Part shown: positions 29,454 through 44,268 of the stretch, piece after piece | How the letters are laid out: every line of letters starts with the position of its first letter | Position numbering within the stretch: position 1 is the stretch's first letter | NCBI GenBank assembly: GCA_009705225.1 | Contig: WLCQ01000001.1 | Coordinates: 1-61,203 of the forward strand | Reading direction: 5' to 3' | DNA: 61,203 nucleotides | Origin: Actinomycetota bacterium | Lineage (GTDB): Bacteria > Actinomycetota > Acidimicrobiia > Acidimicrobiales > Acidimicrobilacustridaceae | Position numbers and translations under genes: made by a program | Notes under the pieces: model-generated | What the model was told of the DNA's origin: nothing | The model's input: only the letters and a program-made list of their open reading frames with translations | Database searches by the model: none

Positions 29454-31346
29454 TCAGACCCGCAGCGGGTCGACTTCGATCCGGACTCGGCCCGGCGGGC
29501 GTGGAACCGCGGCGATCGCATCACACAGCACCGAATGGTTCTCGCTTCGCAGGAGCCATCGGCCATCGGAAGGCCCACGTACCTCGACACCGTCGACCAC
29601 GCCGAGCGCATCGATCCAAGCGCTCGCCGAGGCTCCGGAAATCGACGCCAGCGCTCGTTGTGGCGGATAGCCAAGCAATTGTCGACGGGCGGCATCGCTC
29701 GCCGAAAGACGCGAGGGATCTGCGTGCAGAGCGGACTGGATGACCTCGTGGTCAGGCAGACGAGTCTGCACGAGAAGTCGGCCTCCCTGTTCACGAGCGC
29801 CGAGAACGCGAGACGCTCGCACGAGCAGTGCCAATGCCTCTTCCGATGCGCGATAGCGAGGTGCGAGCAGTTCCTGATCGAAGTCAAGGAACGCCACTAC
29901 TGAGGCGTCGTGCACATGGTGGAGGACCGCTTCGGTGCCGATGATGATCCGGGTGCCGGTACCCGCAGCGCCGAAGTTGCTTTCGGATGTGAACTCAGCG
30001 ACTGGCTCACGGGCGAGAGCCTCGAGTTCCTCGCGTACGCGTGTGACTCCGGCACGGAGATTTCGCATTCGGGTTCCGCCACACGTGATGCAGACCGGAG
30101 GCCGCTGGGCCGCACAGGTGACGCAGACGAATGTTCCGTCGTCATCCTGGGTCACCGACGACGAACACCGCTCACAGGTCGCCAGGGCCCCACACGTGCC
30201 ACACCCGGTGAGTCGGGAACGTCCCTTGCGATTGAGAACGCAGATGATCCGACCACCCGACCGCACTGCGGCGACGAACCGCTCGCTGAAGAGCCCTTCG
30301 CCCGGCGGCGAGTCGCGACGGTCTATGACGTCGAGAATCGGCCATCCCGCACGTTCCGAGGATCGGGAAGGAACGAGTACCGGCCCGAGGCTTTGCGCTT
30401 CGAGCGATGGCATCGGAGAGATCAGAACACACGGGACCCCGAGCCGCCGTGCACGTTCGACGAGAACATCGCGTGCATGCCAGGTTGGCGCCTGTTCCTG
30501 TTGCAACGACTCATCGTGCTCGTCGAGAACAATGATCGCCGACGGAGATTCGATCGGGGCCCACGCGGCCGAACGGGTACCGAAGACGCTCACACCTCCC
30601 CCTCGTGCTGCGGCCCAATCATCGGGCATGAGAGCGACGTCGAGTCCGGCGCGTCGCACTCGAATCGCGAGTCGGCGCATCGTGGCCGCCACCGGCCCGA
30701 CCACCAAGATCGGACCACGCGCCGCTGCCGCCATGAGGATCGGATAGGGATCGGTGTTCGGTGCGAGACGCACGGTGCTCACGGCAGAAGCGAGTGCCTC
30801 AGCGGCGAGTTGATGCAGTTCGTCGGTGGCGACGATTGTCGCAGGGGCGCGGCGACCAGTGTCGGGACGAGCAACCGTCCGGATCGCCCGCTCGGGTGAG
30901 GCGGTACGCAGCAAGGAAGCGGGTCGCCCCGCCCAGCGCCACGCCGCCCAATCGGCGAGGTTGAACAGGGCGGGAGGAGGTCCCCACCCCGTGACCTTCG
31001 CAAGAGGTTGAAGCGTGACACCAGCAGGTGGCTCGACGTGATCGGCAACGACCCAACCACCGACACGCCGACCGTGGAGCGCGATCCGAACCATGGTGCC
31101 GACACGAACCTGATCACTCATCGAAGGTGGGACCGAGTAGTCGAAGAGTTTTGCGATCGCTGGTTGATCGGGCCTCACCCTCACAACGTGGAGCGCCGGA
31201 TCGGCTCCGGATTCGGCAGTGAGACCCGGGACCGTGCCCGGGCTATCGCTGACGTTGTCGTCCGGGTCATCGATTGGATCCTCAGGATCGTCGATGACCT
31301 CCCCGAAATCGAACGAGGGCTGATCAGGACGAGCGGGCATGGGCAC
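29454..31346 (-). CDS. priA: Primosomal protein N' (PriA), Walker A degenerate
   Basis: FDYSVP...VGTMVRI 3'-binding domain, GTRSAAWAP, LDEHD, LNRKG, four CxxC pairs, QT, VDP C-terminus; follows metK. Confidence 0.88.
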   Translation of the reverse strand: MPMPARPDQPSFDFGEVIDDPEDPIDDPDDNVSDSPGTVPGLTAESGADPALHVVRVRPDQPAIAKLFDYSVPPSMSDQVRVGTMVRIALHGRRVGGWVVADHVEPPAGVTLQPLAKVTGWGPPPALFNLADWAAWRWAGRPASLLRTASPERAIRTVARPDTGRRAPATIVATDELHQLAAEALASAVSTVRLAPNTDPYPILMAAAARGPILVVGPVAATMRRLAIRVRRAGLDVALMPDDWAAARGGGVSVFGTRSAAWAPIESPSAIIVLDEHDESLQQEQAPTWHARDVLVERARRLGVPCVLISPMPSLEAQSLGPVLVPSRSSERAGWPILDVIDRRDSPPGEGLFSERFVAAVRSGGRIICVLNRKGRSRLTGCGTCGALATCERCSSSVTQDDDGTFVCVTCAAQRPPVCITCGGTRMRNLRAGVTRVREELEALAREPVAEFTSESNFGAAGTGTRIIIGTEAVLHHVHDASVVAFLDFDQELLAPRYRASEEALALLVRASRVLGAREQGGRLLVQTRLPDHEVIQSALHADPSRLSASDAARRQLLGYPPQRALASISGASASAWIDALGVVDGVEVRGPSDGRWLLRSENHSVLCDAIAAVPRPPGRVRIEVDPLRV

Positions 31347-31367
31347 GCCGCCTGATGACGTGAGGAA

Positions 31368-32561
31368 TCAGAGTCCGAGTGCCGACTTGAGATCGGCCAC
31401 GCGGTCGGTGCGCTCCCAGGTGAAGCCCGGGCCAGTACGACCAAAGTGACCGTATGCCGCAGTGGCCTTGTAGATGGGCTGACGCAGTTCGAGGTCGCGG
31501 ATGATGGCTGCGGGGCGAAGATCGAAAACGTTTCGCACGGCCTCGGCGATGCGTTCCGGGTCGGCGTGTGCGGTACCGAAGGTCTCGACCATGATCGACA
31601 CCGGATGCGCGACGCCGATGGCGTAGGCCACCTGAACCTCGCATCGATCTGCGGCACCTGCAGCGACGACGTTCTTCGCGACCCATCGAGCTGCGTATGC
31701 GGCAGAACGATCAACCTTCGACGGATCCTTGCCCGAGAAGGCACCGCCACCGTGACGAGCCATGCCGCCGTAGGTGTCGACGATGATCTTGCGGCCGGTG
31801 AGGCCGGCGTCGCCCACCGGACCGCCGATCACGAAACGACCGGTCGGATTGACCAGCACCTCGTAGTCATCGTCGGCGAACTCGGCCGGCACGACGGGGC
31901 GGATGACATGTTCGATGAGATCCGGACGGATGTCGTCGTCACGATCGATGCCGTCGTTGTGCTGGGTGGAGATCAGCACGGTGCGCAGACGCACGGGACG
32001 GCCATCGACGTAGTCGAAGGTGACCTGGGTCTTGCCGTCGGGACGGAGGTACGGCACGGTGCCGGCCTTGCGGACCTCGGCGAGGCGCTCAGCCATCCGA
32101 TGGGCCAGCTGGATCGGCAACGGCATGAGCACATCGGTCTCGGTGCAGGCGTAGCCGAACATCATTCCCTGATCGCCGGCGCCCTGCTTGTTGAGGATGT
32201 CCTCACCGGACGTGCCGGAACGGACCTCTTCGGAGTCGTCAACGCCCTGAGCGATGTCCTTCGACTGAGCGTCGAGCGACACCATGACACCAACGGTCTC
32301 ACCGTCGTAGCCGAAGGATTCACGGTCGTAGCCGATGCCCTTGATGGTCTCGCGCACGATGCCGGGGATGTCGACCCAACCGGTGGTGGTGATCTCACCG
32401 GCGACCACGGCAAGACCGGTGGTCACGAGGGTTTCACAGGCGACCCGACTCATTGGATCCTGGGTCAGCATCGCGTCGAGGATCGCGTCGGAGATCTGGT
32501 CGGCGACCTTGTCCGGGTGGCCCTCGGTGACCGATTCAGAAGTGAAGGTCCAACTGCTCAC
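31368..32561 (-). CDS. metK: S-adenosylmethionine synthetase
   Basis: [35 protein letters not shown]. Confidence 0.99.
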   Translation of the reverse strand: MSSWTFTSESVTEGHPDKVADQISDAILDAMLTQDPMSRVACETLVTTGLAVVAGEITTTGWVDIPGIVRETIKGIGYDRESFGYDGETVGVMVSLDAQSKDIAQGVDDSEEVRSGTSGEDILNKQGAGDQGMMFGYACTETDVLMPLPIQLAHRMAERLAEVRKAGTVPYLRPDGKTQVTFDYVDGRPVRLRTVLISTQHNDGIDRDDDIRPDLIEHVIRPVVPAEFADDDYEVLVNPTGRFVIGGPVGDAGLTGRKIIVDTYGGMARHGGGAFSGKDPSKVDRSAAYAARWVAKNVVAAGAADRCEVQVAYAIGVAHPVSIMVETFGTAHADPERIAEAVRNVFDLRPAAIIRDLELRQPIYKATAAYGHFGRTGPGFTWERTDRVADLKSALGL

Positions 32562-32604
32562 AGCGTGCTCCTTGTCGCCGCTCGGGGCGCATGGTGGGGG
32601 TGGA

Positions 32605-33819
32605 TCAGTCGGGACCGGCCCGCAACGCCATGACAGCGTCGAGGATGGCTCGGGCGACGATCCGCTTGTCGGTCAGGGGAACATCTTGGTGCATGCCGTC
32701 GGCTCCGAGGAGCACCACAGCATTGGTGTCGTACTCGAACCCACAACTGGCGGCTCCGACGTCGTTGGCCACGATCAGATCGAGGCGCTTGCGCTCCAGT
32801 TTGGCGCGTGCGTTCTCGACCACATCATCGGTTTCGGCGGCGAAGCCCACGAGGACCTGACCTGCGGGTTTCGCCAGGCCTAGGTCGACAAGGAAGTCAT
32901 GGGTCGGTTCGAGAATGATCTGAGGAGTACCGCCCTCACCGAACTCGTCCTTCTTGAGTTTGCGACCGGCCACAGTGACCGGCCGAAAGTCAGCCACGGC
33001 CGCCGCCATCACCACGATGTCGTGATCGGCGGCGATGGGCATGACTGCAGCCTGCATCTCGGCTGCGCTCGAAACCTTTATGACTGTGGCTCCAGCTGGT
33101 GCAGGGCGATCGACAGTCGTGACAAGAGTGACAGTCGCTCCCCGCGACGCCGCCTCTTCGGCCACGGCATACCCCTGCTTACCCGAGGACCGGTTGGTGA
33201 TGACCCTGACGGAATCGATGGCCTCACGGGTGCCGCCTGCGGTGACCAACACGCGAAGTCCGGAGAGATCAGCGGACGCCAGCAGCGCCTGTTCAACTGC
33301 GGCGACGATGTCGGACGGCTCGGCAAGGCGGCCCGTGCCGATGTCGCCACCGGCGAGGCGACCTTCAGCCGGCGGAACGATGATGACGCCGCGCGCCCGG
33401 AGGATCTCGAGATTGGCCTGCACCGCGGGGTGCTCCCACATCTCGGTGTGCATCGCGGGGCACACAATGACCGGCGCACGTGTGGCGATCAGAGTGGCGG
33501 TGAGCAGATCATCAGACAGTCCGTGGGCGTATGCGGCGATGGAACGCGCCGTGGCCGGCGCCACCACGATGAGATCCGCACCCTGTCCGAGCCGCGTATG
33601 CGGGATCGGCGATTCTTCGTCCCACAATGAGGTTTGAACCGGTTCCGAAGCGAGCGCGGAGAAGGTGGTCTCACCAACGAAGTGCAACGCCCCATCGGTG
33701 AGGATCGGCGACACGTGGGCTCCCCCGTCGACCAGACGACGACAGACCTCGATCGCTTTGTACGCGGCGATCCCGCCGGTGACGCCGAGGACGATGCGGC
33801 GGCCCTGAAATGCGGTCAT
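32605..33819 (-). CDS. coaBC: Bifunctional phosphopantothenoylcysteine decarboxylase/ligase
   Basis: [38 protein letters not shown]. Start ATG 33819. Confidence 0.97.
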   Translation of the reverse strand: MTAFQGRRIVLGVTGGIAAYKAIEVCRRLVDGGAHVSPILTDGALHFVGETTFSALASEPVQTSLWDEESPIPHTRLGQGADLIVVAPATARSIAAYAHGLSDDLLTATLIATRAPVIVCPAMHTEMWEHPAVQANLEILRARGVIIVPPAEGRLAGGDIGTGRLAEPSDIVAAVEQALLASADLSGLRVLVTAGGTREAIDSVRVITNRSSGKQGYAVAEEAASRGATVTLVTTVDRPAPAGATVIKVSSAAEMQAAVMPIAADHDIVVMAAAVADFRPVTVAGRKLKKDEFGEGGTPQIILEPTHDFLVDLGLAKPAGQVLVGFAAETDDVVENARAKLERKRLDLIVANDVGAASCGFEYDTNAVVLLGADGMHQDVPLTDKRIVARAILDAVMALRAGPD

Positions 33820-33853
33820 GACAATGGAGTGGACCGGCGCGAACGCCGATGGA

Positions 33854-34168
33854 TCACTCGGCCTCGGCCTCGTCGGCGGCTGCAGCGTCGGCGTCGACGA
33901 CGACCTCAACTGCCTCGATACGCACCGGCACGATCTTGTCGGCGGCGATCTCTTCAAAGGCGATCGAGAGCGGCTTACGGGCTGCTGAGGTCACCTGCGG
34001 AGGGACGCTCGAGCCCATACCCTCGCCGAGCTGGTTGAAATAGGCATTGATCTGCCGGGCACGCTGAGCGGCCAGCGAGACGAGCGTGAACCGCGAGTCG
34101 ACCTTTGACAGGAGGTCCTCGATTCGCGGGTTGACCATCGAGTCAGAGATCTGAGCCACAGGAGACAC
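33854..34168 (-). CDS. rpoZ: RNA polymerase omega subunit
   Basis: PRIEDLL, SRFTLV, AQRARQI, KPLSIAFEEI. Confidence 0.95.
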   Translation of the reverse strand: MSPVAQISDSMVNPRIEDLLSKVDSRFTLVSLAAQRARQINAYFNQLGEGMGSSVPPQVTSAARKPLSIAFEEIAADKIVPVRIEAVEVVVDADAAAADEAEAE

Positions 34169-34278
34169 CTTCGGAGTGCTGGAGTGAAGCGGGGATGGAG
34201 AGGGGTGCTGCCGTCAGGATCGCAAACTGCGGATCCGACCGGCTTCGGGAGCCGTATGGGCCCAACCGGAGCCTCACA

Positions 34279-34287
34279 ACACTAGCA
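34279..34287 (-). promoter_or_regulatory. Extended -10 promoter for rpoZ
   Basis: TGC-TAGTGT about 110 nt upstream of rpoZ. Confidence 0.5.
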
Positions 34288-34301
34288 GCGGATCCCCGAT
34301 T

Positions 34302-34847
34302 TCAACCAAGACCCGGATGTCGTGCGTCGGTGATCAGTTGCGCACAGTGAGCCACGGTCCGGTCGAGATCGTCGTTCACGATGCAGATCGCCCCGAGTCG
34401 ACGACCTTCTGCGAGTTCTCCCTGAGCCACGGCGATCCGGCGCTCGGCCTGTTCGGGAGGATCGCCCCTCCCCCGCAGGCGCTCGGCCTGAACTTCCGCA
34501 GACGGGGGCTCGAGCAGGATGAAGAGTGCTTCCGGCGACCGTTCGAGAACCTGCGCGGCCCCTTGAACATCGATCTCGAGGACGACGTCTCGATCGTCGT
34601 GCGCATCTGGCCAGGGGGTTCCGTACAGGTTGCCGAGAAATTCGGCGTATTCGAGAAATCCGTCCTCTGCGATGTGCTGCTCGAACTGCTCCCTGGTCAC
34701 GTACGTGTAGGCATCGTCGGGCTCACCGGGGCGCTGCGTCCGGGTGGTCCAACTCCTTGAGAGCCAGAGCCGACTGTCGTCGGCCACCAGACGGGCGACC
34801 ACAGTGCCCTTTCCCACGCCGCCGGGTCCGCACATCACGATGATCAT
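34302..34847 (-). CDS. gmk: Guanylate kinase
   Basis: GPGGVGKGT, TTRTQRPGE, FLEYAEF..NLYGTP, LEIDVQGA, VNDDL. Confidence 0.96.
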   Translation of the reverse strand: MIIVMCGPGGVGKGTVVARLVADDSRLWLSRSWTTRTQRPGEPDDAYTYVTREQFEQHIAEDGFLEYAEFLGNLYGTPWPDAHDDRDVVLEIDVQGAAQVLERSPEALFILLEPPSAEVQAERLRGRGDPPEQAERRIAVAQGELAEGRRLGAICIVNDDLDRTVAHCAQLITDARHPGLG

Positions 34848-34871
34848 GGCGAGGGTCTGCGCCGTTCCCGA

Positions 34872-35189
34872 TCAGGCTTCGAACGCGGCGAGCAATGCGC
34901 GGCGCTGATTCTCACCGAGGCCACGGATACGGCGGGTATCCGCGATTCCGATCTCCTCCATGGTCCGCCGCGCTTTGACCTTGCCCACTCCGGGGATGGA
35001 TTCGAGAATGGCGAGGACCTTGATCCCGCCGATCATCTCATCGGATTCTGCAGCGGCCAGCACCTCGGCGAACGTGATCGAACCCATCTTGAGACGCTCC
35101 TTCACCTCCGCACGCGAACGGCGGGCTTCTGCGGCCTTCGCCAGTGCGGCGGTGCGTTGTTCGGGCGTGAGTGAAGGGGGCTGCGGCAT
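34872..35189 (-). CDS. mihF: Actinobacterial integration host factor (mIHF)
   Basis: LTPEQRTAALAKAAEAR...LESIPGVGKVKA...RRIRGLGENQ. Confidence 0.96.
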   Translation of the reverse strand: MPQPPSLTPEQRTAALAKAAEARRSRAEVKERLKMGSITFAEVLAAAESDEMIGGIKVLAILESIPGVGKVKARRTMEEIGIADTRRIRGLGENQRRALLAAFEA

Positions 35190-35233
35190 GGGGGCACCAT
35201 AGTGCGTGCTCCGAACAAGCCCTCAGCCGCACT

Positions 35234-35950
35234 TCACATCGATGCTGCAACCTCGGCGGCAATGGCGGCAGCAGCAGCGCGAGGATCGGCGGCGGCAGTG
35301 ACCGCGCGACCGATCACGAGCAGGCCCGCGCCGGCGGCGATCGCTCCGGAAGGCGTGGCCGGGCGAGCCTGATCATCGGCACCGACTCCAGCGGGACGGA
35401 TCCCGGGAACGACAGTGAGTAGTTCTGGAGCTCGGTCGATAACCATCTGTAGATCGCTCGCTGCGCACACCACCCCGGGACAGCCGGCGGCAACGGCGAA
35501 CGCGATCCGCTGCTCGAGCGCTCGCGGGTCCGCCTGCTCGCTGGTGAGCACGGTGATGCCGAGGCAGGTGGGGATCGGAAGTCCAGCGGCGATCGCTCCG
35601 TCGGTGAACCCTTCGACACCGGCGGCGAGATGATCGACGCCCGCCCGGGTATGCACGGTGAGGTAACTGGCGCCGAGAGATCCCATGACCCGAGCGGCCT
35701 TGCGCACGGTGGTGGGGATGTCCAGGAGTTTGAGATCAGCAAAGACCGAAAACCCATCGTCGATCATGGTTTCGATGACTTCGGGTCCCGATGCACTGAA
35801 GAGTTCGAGCCCGACCTTGGCCACGCCGAACCATGGTTGAAGCACGCGTGCAAGTCGCTGGGCCTCGACGATGTCATCGACGTCAAGAGCGAGGGCGAGA
35901 CGCGAGCGGACAGCTTCGGGGGCCCCTTCGGTGAAGTCTTCAGCGGTCAT
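35234..35950 (-). CDS. pyrF: Orotidine-5'-phosphate decarboxylase
   Basis: LALD, KVGLEL, DLKLLDIPTT, TVLTS, PGIRP, IGR. Confidence 0.96.
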   Translation of the reverse strand: MTAEDFTEGAPEAVRSRLALALDVDDIVEAQRLARVLQPWFGVAKVGLELFSASGPEVIETMIDDGFSVFADLKLLDIPTTVRKAARVMGSLGASYLTVHTRAGVDHLAAGVEGFTDGAIAAGLPIPTCLGITVLTSEQADPRALEQRIAFAVAAGCPGVVCAASDLQMVIDRAPELLTVVPGIRPAGVGADDQARPATPSGAIAAGAGLLVIGRAVTAAADPRAAAAAIAAEVAASM

Positions 35951-36880
35951 GCACTGCTCCGATCAGTTCGGTGACGGCGCGCACGCCATGAGCGGCACAC
36001 CAATCATGGAGTTCGTCGAGTACCCGGCCGACACTTCGGGGATCGGCGAAACTCGCGGTTCCTACCTGCACGGCCGAGGCCCCAGCCATCATGAGTTCGA
36101 TGGCATCGATGCCCCGGGCGACACCGCCAACGCCGATGATCGGCAGTTCGGGGATCGCGGCGTGCACATCGTGAACAGCTCGAACCGCCACAGGGTGGAT
36201 GGCCGGCCCCGAGAGTCCCCCGCCGCCGCCGCCGAGTCGTCGGGTTCGGGTTTCGACATCGATAGCCATACCGAGCACGGTGTTGATGAGTGTGACCGCT
36301 TCGGCTCCGGCCTCGGCGGCAGCCCGGGCGATGGACGCCAGGTCGGACACGTTCGGGCTGAGCTTGGCCCACATGGGCAGCCCGCAGACCGACGCAGCCT
36401 CAATTGCTTCGGTGGTCGAGGCCGGCGAATGAGCGAACATGCGATTGCGATCGTGATGATTCGGGCAGGAGATGTTGACCTCGACTGCGATCACGCCGTC
36501 GGGTGCACCGGCCAGCATCGCTGCAGCACGGGCGTAATCCTCGACCGATGTGCCCCAGATGCTGACCACCACACGGGCGCCGGTTTGCAGCACAGCGGGA
36601 AGTTCCTGCTCCAGCCAATACGCAACACCCGGACCCTGGAGGCCGACGCTGTTGATCATGCCCGCAGGAGTCTCATGCACCCGCGGCGCGGGATTCCCAG
36701 CCCACGGATCTGCTGAAAGCGATTTCACAACCACTGCGCCAAGGGTTGAGAGGTCGACGTACCGGCCGAGTTCGTCGCCGTGGCCTGCAGTTCCCGATGC
36801 GGTCATCACCGGGTTCGCGAGCGTGACCGAACCGATAGTGGTGGTGAGATCCACCGCCAAGCCGGGACGACGACGCGTGC

Positions 36881-36884
<4 letters not shown>
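35940..36884 (-). CDS. pyrD: Dihydroorotate dehydrogenase, family 1 catalytic subunit
   Basis: [38 protein letters not shown]. Confidence 0.95.
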
Positions 36885-40182
<3,298 letters not shown>

Positions 40183-40183
<1 letters not shown>

Positions 40184-41301
40184 CAGCGGCGGCCCTTCGT
40201 GAAGTCGGTCATGAGTTCGTCGAACATGGTGAAGAGATAGGCCGCGTCATGCGGACCGGGCCCGGCCTCGGGGTGGTACTGCACGCTGAACGCAGGGAGA
40301 TCAAGACTGCGGAGACCCTCGACGACACCATCGTTGAGATTGCGATGGGTGACCTCGACGGCGGCGCCGAGCGAACCGTCGTCAACCGCGTAGTTGTGGT
40401 TCTGACTGGTGATCTCGACCGTGCCTGTGTCGAGACGGCGAACAGGATGGTTGCCGCCGTGATGGCCGAACGGGAGTTTGTAGGTCTCAGCACCGAGTGC
40501 GGTGGCCAGGAGTTGATGGCCGAGGCAGATACCGAAGATCGGCACCTCACCGAGGAGGGCGTCGATGGCGGCGGGTACGCCGGTGACCGCTGCGGGATCG
40601 CCGGGACCGTTGGAGAGGAAGACCCCATCGGGGGCACGGGCGATCACGTCGGCGGCAGGTGTACCGGCCGGCACAACCTCAACAGTGGCGATACCCGAGA
40701 GGTGCCGGAGGATGGTGGCCTTGATCCCGAAGTCATAGGCCACGACTCGCCGGGGCGTGCGGCCGGCAGGACCGGTGTAGGCGACCTCATAAGCGCTCTC
40801 GCAGCTCACCATGCGGGCAAGATCGAGTCCTGACGTGCCGGGCTCGGCCTGCGCAGCGGCGAGAAGTTCGGACTCTGACGCTGTGCCGAATGCTCCCGGC
40901 AGAGAACCGGCATCACGGATGTGGCGGGTGAGGCGCCGGGTGTCGACGCCACCGATCCCGGGTACACCCATGCTCCGCAGATACGCGTCGAGATCGGTCT
41001 CCGAGCGCCAGTTGCTATGTCGTCGGGCCAGCTCTCGAACGATCACGCCACGGGCGTGCGGGCGGGGTGCTTCGTCGTCGAGCCTCGTGACCCCGTAGTT
41101 GCCGATATGGGGATAGGTGAAGGTGATCATCTGTCCCGCATACGAAGGATCGGTGATGATCTCCTGATACCCGGTGAGCGCAGTGTTGAACACAACCTCA
41201 CCAGTGGCGACACCAGCGGGAGCTTCGGCGCCGAAGGCTTCTCCCTCGAAAATGGTTCCGTCGGCGAGCACCAGAAGTGCGTCGCGGATCGTCCTGCTCA
41301 T
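40183..41301 (-). CDS. carA: Carbamoyl-phosphate synthase small subunit
   Basis: [27 protein letters not shown]. Confidence 0.98.
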
Positions 41302-42656
41302 CGTTGTGCCTCACCGTTCATGACCATTGGGACGCCGCAGAGCAGCGTGTGACGAACCCTGCCGCGCACCGAACGCCCGGCGTAGGGGGTGTTGTGACTG
41401 CGACTGGCGAGCTTCGCTGGATCGACGATCCATTCCTGCGTGGGGTCGAAGACGACCAGATGCGCCGGTTCGCCAACCGCGACCGCGCGACCGTGCACCG
41501 ATTCGATACCGGCGATGACTGCGGGCTGCCAGGACATGAGAGCAAGGAGTTGCTGCATGGTGATCACACCCGGATCGACAAGCTCGGAGATGCCGAGGGC
41601 GAGCGCTGTTTCGAGTCCGAGCATCCCGCAGGGAGCGTGATCGAACGGAGCTTCTTTGACCTCGGCGGTATGCGGGGCATGGTCGGTGGCAATGGCGTCG
41701 ATAGTTCCGTCAGCGAGACCAGCCTTCACCGCAGCAACGTCCTCAGCCGCCCGCAGTGGCGGGTTGACCTTGAAGACGGGGTCGTAGGAGGCCACCTCCG
41801 CATGGGTCAGGGTGAAATGGTGCGGTGTGGCTTCAGCCGTTACAGGAAGGCCCTTTGCTTTTGCCTGTCGCACGAGCTCCACCGAGCCCGCCGTCGACAG
41901 ATGCTGGAGATGCACCCGCGCACCGGTGAGTCGGGCCAGTGCGATGTCGCGGAACACCATGAGTTCCTCGGCCTCAGCCGGAATACCCGGAAGACCGAGC
42001 CGGCTCGACCACTCCCCCTCATGCATATGCCCGCCTTCGCTCAAGGCCTCGACCTCACAGTGCTGGGCAAGAGTGACTGGAACGCTGAGCCCCGCCGAGT
42101 ACTCGAGCGCGCGGCGCATGAGTCGGTCGTCCTGCACACCGCAACCGTCGTCGGTGAACATCCGAACGCCGAGAGCCGCCATCTCAGCCATGGGGGCGAG
42201 TGTTGTGCCGCTGCGATCGACCGTGATCGCGCCAGCGACCCGCACATCACACAGGCCGGCAGCGACTCCGGCATCGAGCACCTGCTGCACGACTGCAGCG
42301 CTGTCGATGGTCGGTTCGGTGTTGGGCATGGCCACGACAGCGGTGTACCCACCGAGAGCCGCGGCGCGGCTGCCGGTCTCGACAGTTTCGGCTTCTTCGC
42401 GACCCGGCTCACGGAGATGGGTGTGAATGTCGACCAGTCCGGAACTGATGATGCAACCGGTGGCATCGAGTTCGATTGCATCATCGAGCCCGAGTACGCC
42501 GGCATCGAGCGCCGAATCGACTCCCACGATGACGCCATCGGCGGAGATGGCCACATCAGCCACACGTTCGCCGACCCGATCGATGATTCGACCGCCCCGG
42601 ATGATGACTCCTGAACCGCTCACAATTCCCTTTCGTGGTGTCTGGACATCAGGCAT
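41298..42656 (-). CDS. pyrC: Dihydroorotase
   Basis: [32 protein letters not shown]. Start ATG 42656 (a later GTG is possible). Confidence 0.96.
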   Translation of the reverse strand: MPDVQTPRKGIVSGSGVIIRGGRIIDRVGERVADVAISADGVIVGVDSALDAGVLGLDDAIELDATGCIISSGLVDIHTHLREPGREEAETVETGSRAAALGGYTAVVAMPNTEPTIDSAAVVQQVLDAGVAAGLCDVRVAGAITVDRSGTTLAPMAEMAALGVRMFTDDGCGVQDDRLMRRALEYSAGLSVPVTLAQHCEVEALSEGGHMHEGEWSSRLGLPGIPAEAEELMVFRDIALARLTGARVHLQHLSTAGSVELVRQAKAKGLPVTAEATPHHFTLTHAEVASYDPVFKVNPPLRAAEDVAAVKAGLADGTIDAIATDHAPHTAEVKEAPFDHAPCGMLGLETALALGISELVDPGVITMQQLLALMSWQPAVIAGIESVHGRAVAVGEPAHLVVFDPTQEWIVDPAKLASRSHNTPYAGRSVRGRVRHTLLCGVPMVMNGEAQR

Positions 42657-43632
42657 CGAGATCGCCGCCCCATGCGGTTCCGCTGCCGAGCAGCAGGAAG
42701 AGCACAGCCATGCGCACCGCCACCCCGTTGCGGACCTGGTCAATGATCACTGCGTTGGGGTGATCGGCAACCTGTGCAGCGATCTCAACCCCTCGATTCA
42801 TCGGACCGGGATGCATGATCAGCGCATGGTCGGCGAGCTTCGACGCCCGTGCTTCGGTCAATCCGAAGAGCGCGGTGTACTCGCGCAGCGAGGGGATGAG
42901 TGCTTCGTGCATGCGCTCGCGCTGCATGCGGAGCAGATAGCAAACGTCGACCGTGGGGAGAACGGCATCAAGATCGTGGGAGACCTTGACGGGCCATCCC
43001 TCGAGACTCGGCGGCAGAAGGGTCGGAGGGGCAACCACGGTGACTTCCGCACCCAGCGCCGTGAAGGCAGCGATATTCGAACGGGCGACTCTCGAATGCT
43101 TGATATCGCCGACGATGGCGATGTGACGGCCGGCGAGATCTCCGAGGCGCTGGCGGATCGTGTAGCAGTCCAGGAGCGCCTGGGTCGGGTGCTCATGCCA
43201 GCCATCGCCCGCGTTGATGACCGCTGAGGTTGCCCATTGCGCAATCTGTCTCGGAACCCCGGCCGATGCGTGTCGGACGACAATGGCGTCGACACCCATA
43301 GCCTCGATGGTCTCGATGGTGTCGCGCAGCGATTCGCCTTTTTTCACCGAAGACGTGTTGACACTGAAATTCATGACGTCGGCGGAGAGACGCTTGGCGG
43401 CCGTCTCAAAGCTGAGTCTTGTGCGTGTGCTGTCCTCGAAGAACAGCGACACCACTGTGCGACCGCGCAGTGCCGGCACTTTCGGATTCGCCCGTTCGCT
43501 GACCTCGACGAATGAGTCGGCGAGAGTCATCACTTCATCGATACCCGCAGCGATGTCGGGCCCAAGATCCGCGATGGAGAGCAGGTTTCGCAGGTCACCG
43601 TGGCGATTCGAGGCTGACGCTGCGCGACTCAC
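42649..43632 (-). CDS. pyrB: Aspartate carbamoyltransferase
   Basis: [37 protein letters not shown]. Confidence 0.98.
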   Translation of the reverse strand: MSRAASASNRHGDLRNLLSIADLGPDIAAGIDEVMTLADSFVEVSERANPKVPALRGRTVVSLFFEDSTRTRLSFETAAKRLSADVMNFSVNTSSVKKGESLRDTIETIEAMGVDAIVVRHASAGVPRQIAQWATSAVINAGDGWHEHPTQALLDCYTIRQRLGDLAGRHIAIVGDIKHSRVARSNIAAFTALGAEVTVVAPPTLLPPSLEGWPVKVSHDLDAVLPTVDVCYLLRMQRERMHEALIPSLREYTALFGLTEARASKLADHALIMHPGPMNRGVEIAAQVADHPNAVIIDQVRNGVAVRMAVLFLLLGSGTAWGGDLDA

Positions 43633-44195
43633 TTCACCATCTCCCCGAGATCGACGCCCTCATCATTGACATCAACTGCCTCGTCGCGTCGGGTGGGGAG
43701 GTTCTTGCCGACGAAATCGGGGCGGATCGGAAGTTCGCGATGGCCTCGGTCGATCATGACTGCTAACTGCACCTGTCGCGCCCGACCATGATCGATGAGC
43801 GCGTCGAGGGCGGCTCGGATGGTTCGGCCGGTGAAGAGGACATCGTCGACGAGCACTACCGTGCGGCCGTTGAGGTCGCCGGGGATGTCCGTGACCGCTT
43901 CGGGCAGCACCGGACGCAGACCAATGTCGTCGCGATAGAAGGCGACATCGACACAACCTGTCGGGACTTCGACACCCTCGATCTTGGCGAGCGCTTCGGC
44001 CAGACGGGCGGCGAGTGGGATCCCACCGGTCTGGAGACCGATGAGAACGACATCATCAAGACCGTGGTTTCGCTCGATGATCTCGTGCGCCATTCGCCAT
44101 GTGGCCCGTTGCATGTCTTCGGCAGACATGACGCGGGTTCGGGCAACAAAAACGCCTCCATAGGGAGGCGTGAGTCGTCGTTCGCGTTCAGCCAA
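43629..44195 (-). CDS. pyrR: PyrR, pyr operon regulator / uracil phosphoribosyltransferase
   Basis: [47 protein letters not shown]. Start uncertain: TTG 44195 or ATG 44129. Confidence 0.96.
   Translation of the reverse strand: MAERERRLTPPYGGVFVARTRVMSAEDMQRATWRMAHEIIERNHGLDDVVLIGLQTGGIPLAARLAEALAKIEGVEVPTGCVDVAFYRDDIGLRPVLPEAVTDIPGDLNGRTVVLVDDVLFTGRTIRAALDALIDHGRARQVQLAVMIDRGHRELPIRPDFVGKNLPTRRDEAVDVNDEGVDLGEMVK
44145..44171 (-). terminator. Intrinsic terminator/attenuator hairpin near the pyrR 5' end
   Basis: ACGCCTCC-CTAT-GGAGGCGT followed by TTTTGTT. Confidence 0.75.
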
Positions 44196-44218
44196 AAGAA
44201 TCAGCCACGGGTGTTTCC

Positions 44219-44261
44219 TCCTGTCCGTGCGAGCCTCACAGGACTCGCTTCACGGTCAGGA
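44219..44261 (-). promoter_or_regulatory. PyrR-binding RNA stem-loop
   Basis: TCCTG-A-CCGTG-AA-GCGAGTCCTGTGAGGCTCGC-ACGG-A-CAGGA contains AGUCCUGUGAGGCU, matching the PyrR consensus ARUCCNGNGAGGYU. Confidence 0.88.
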
Positions 44262-44268
44262 CGAGACT

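Noticed and set aside
32562-32604. SAM riboswitch before metK
   Set aside because: Only 43 nt separate coaBC from metK.
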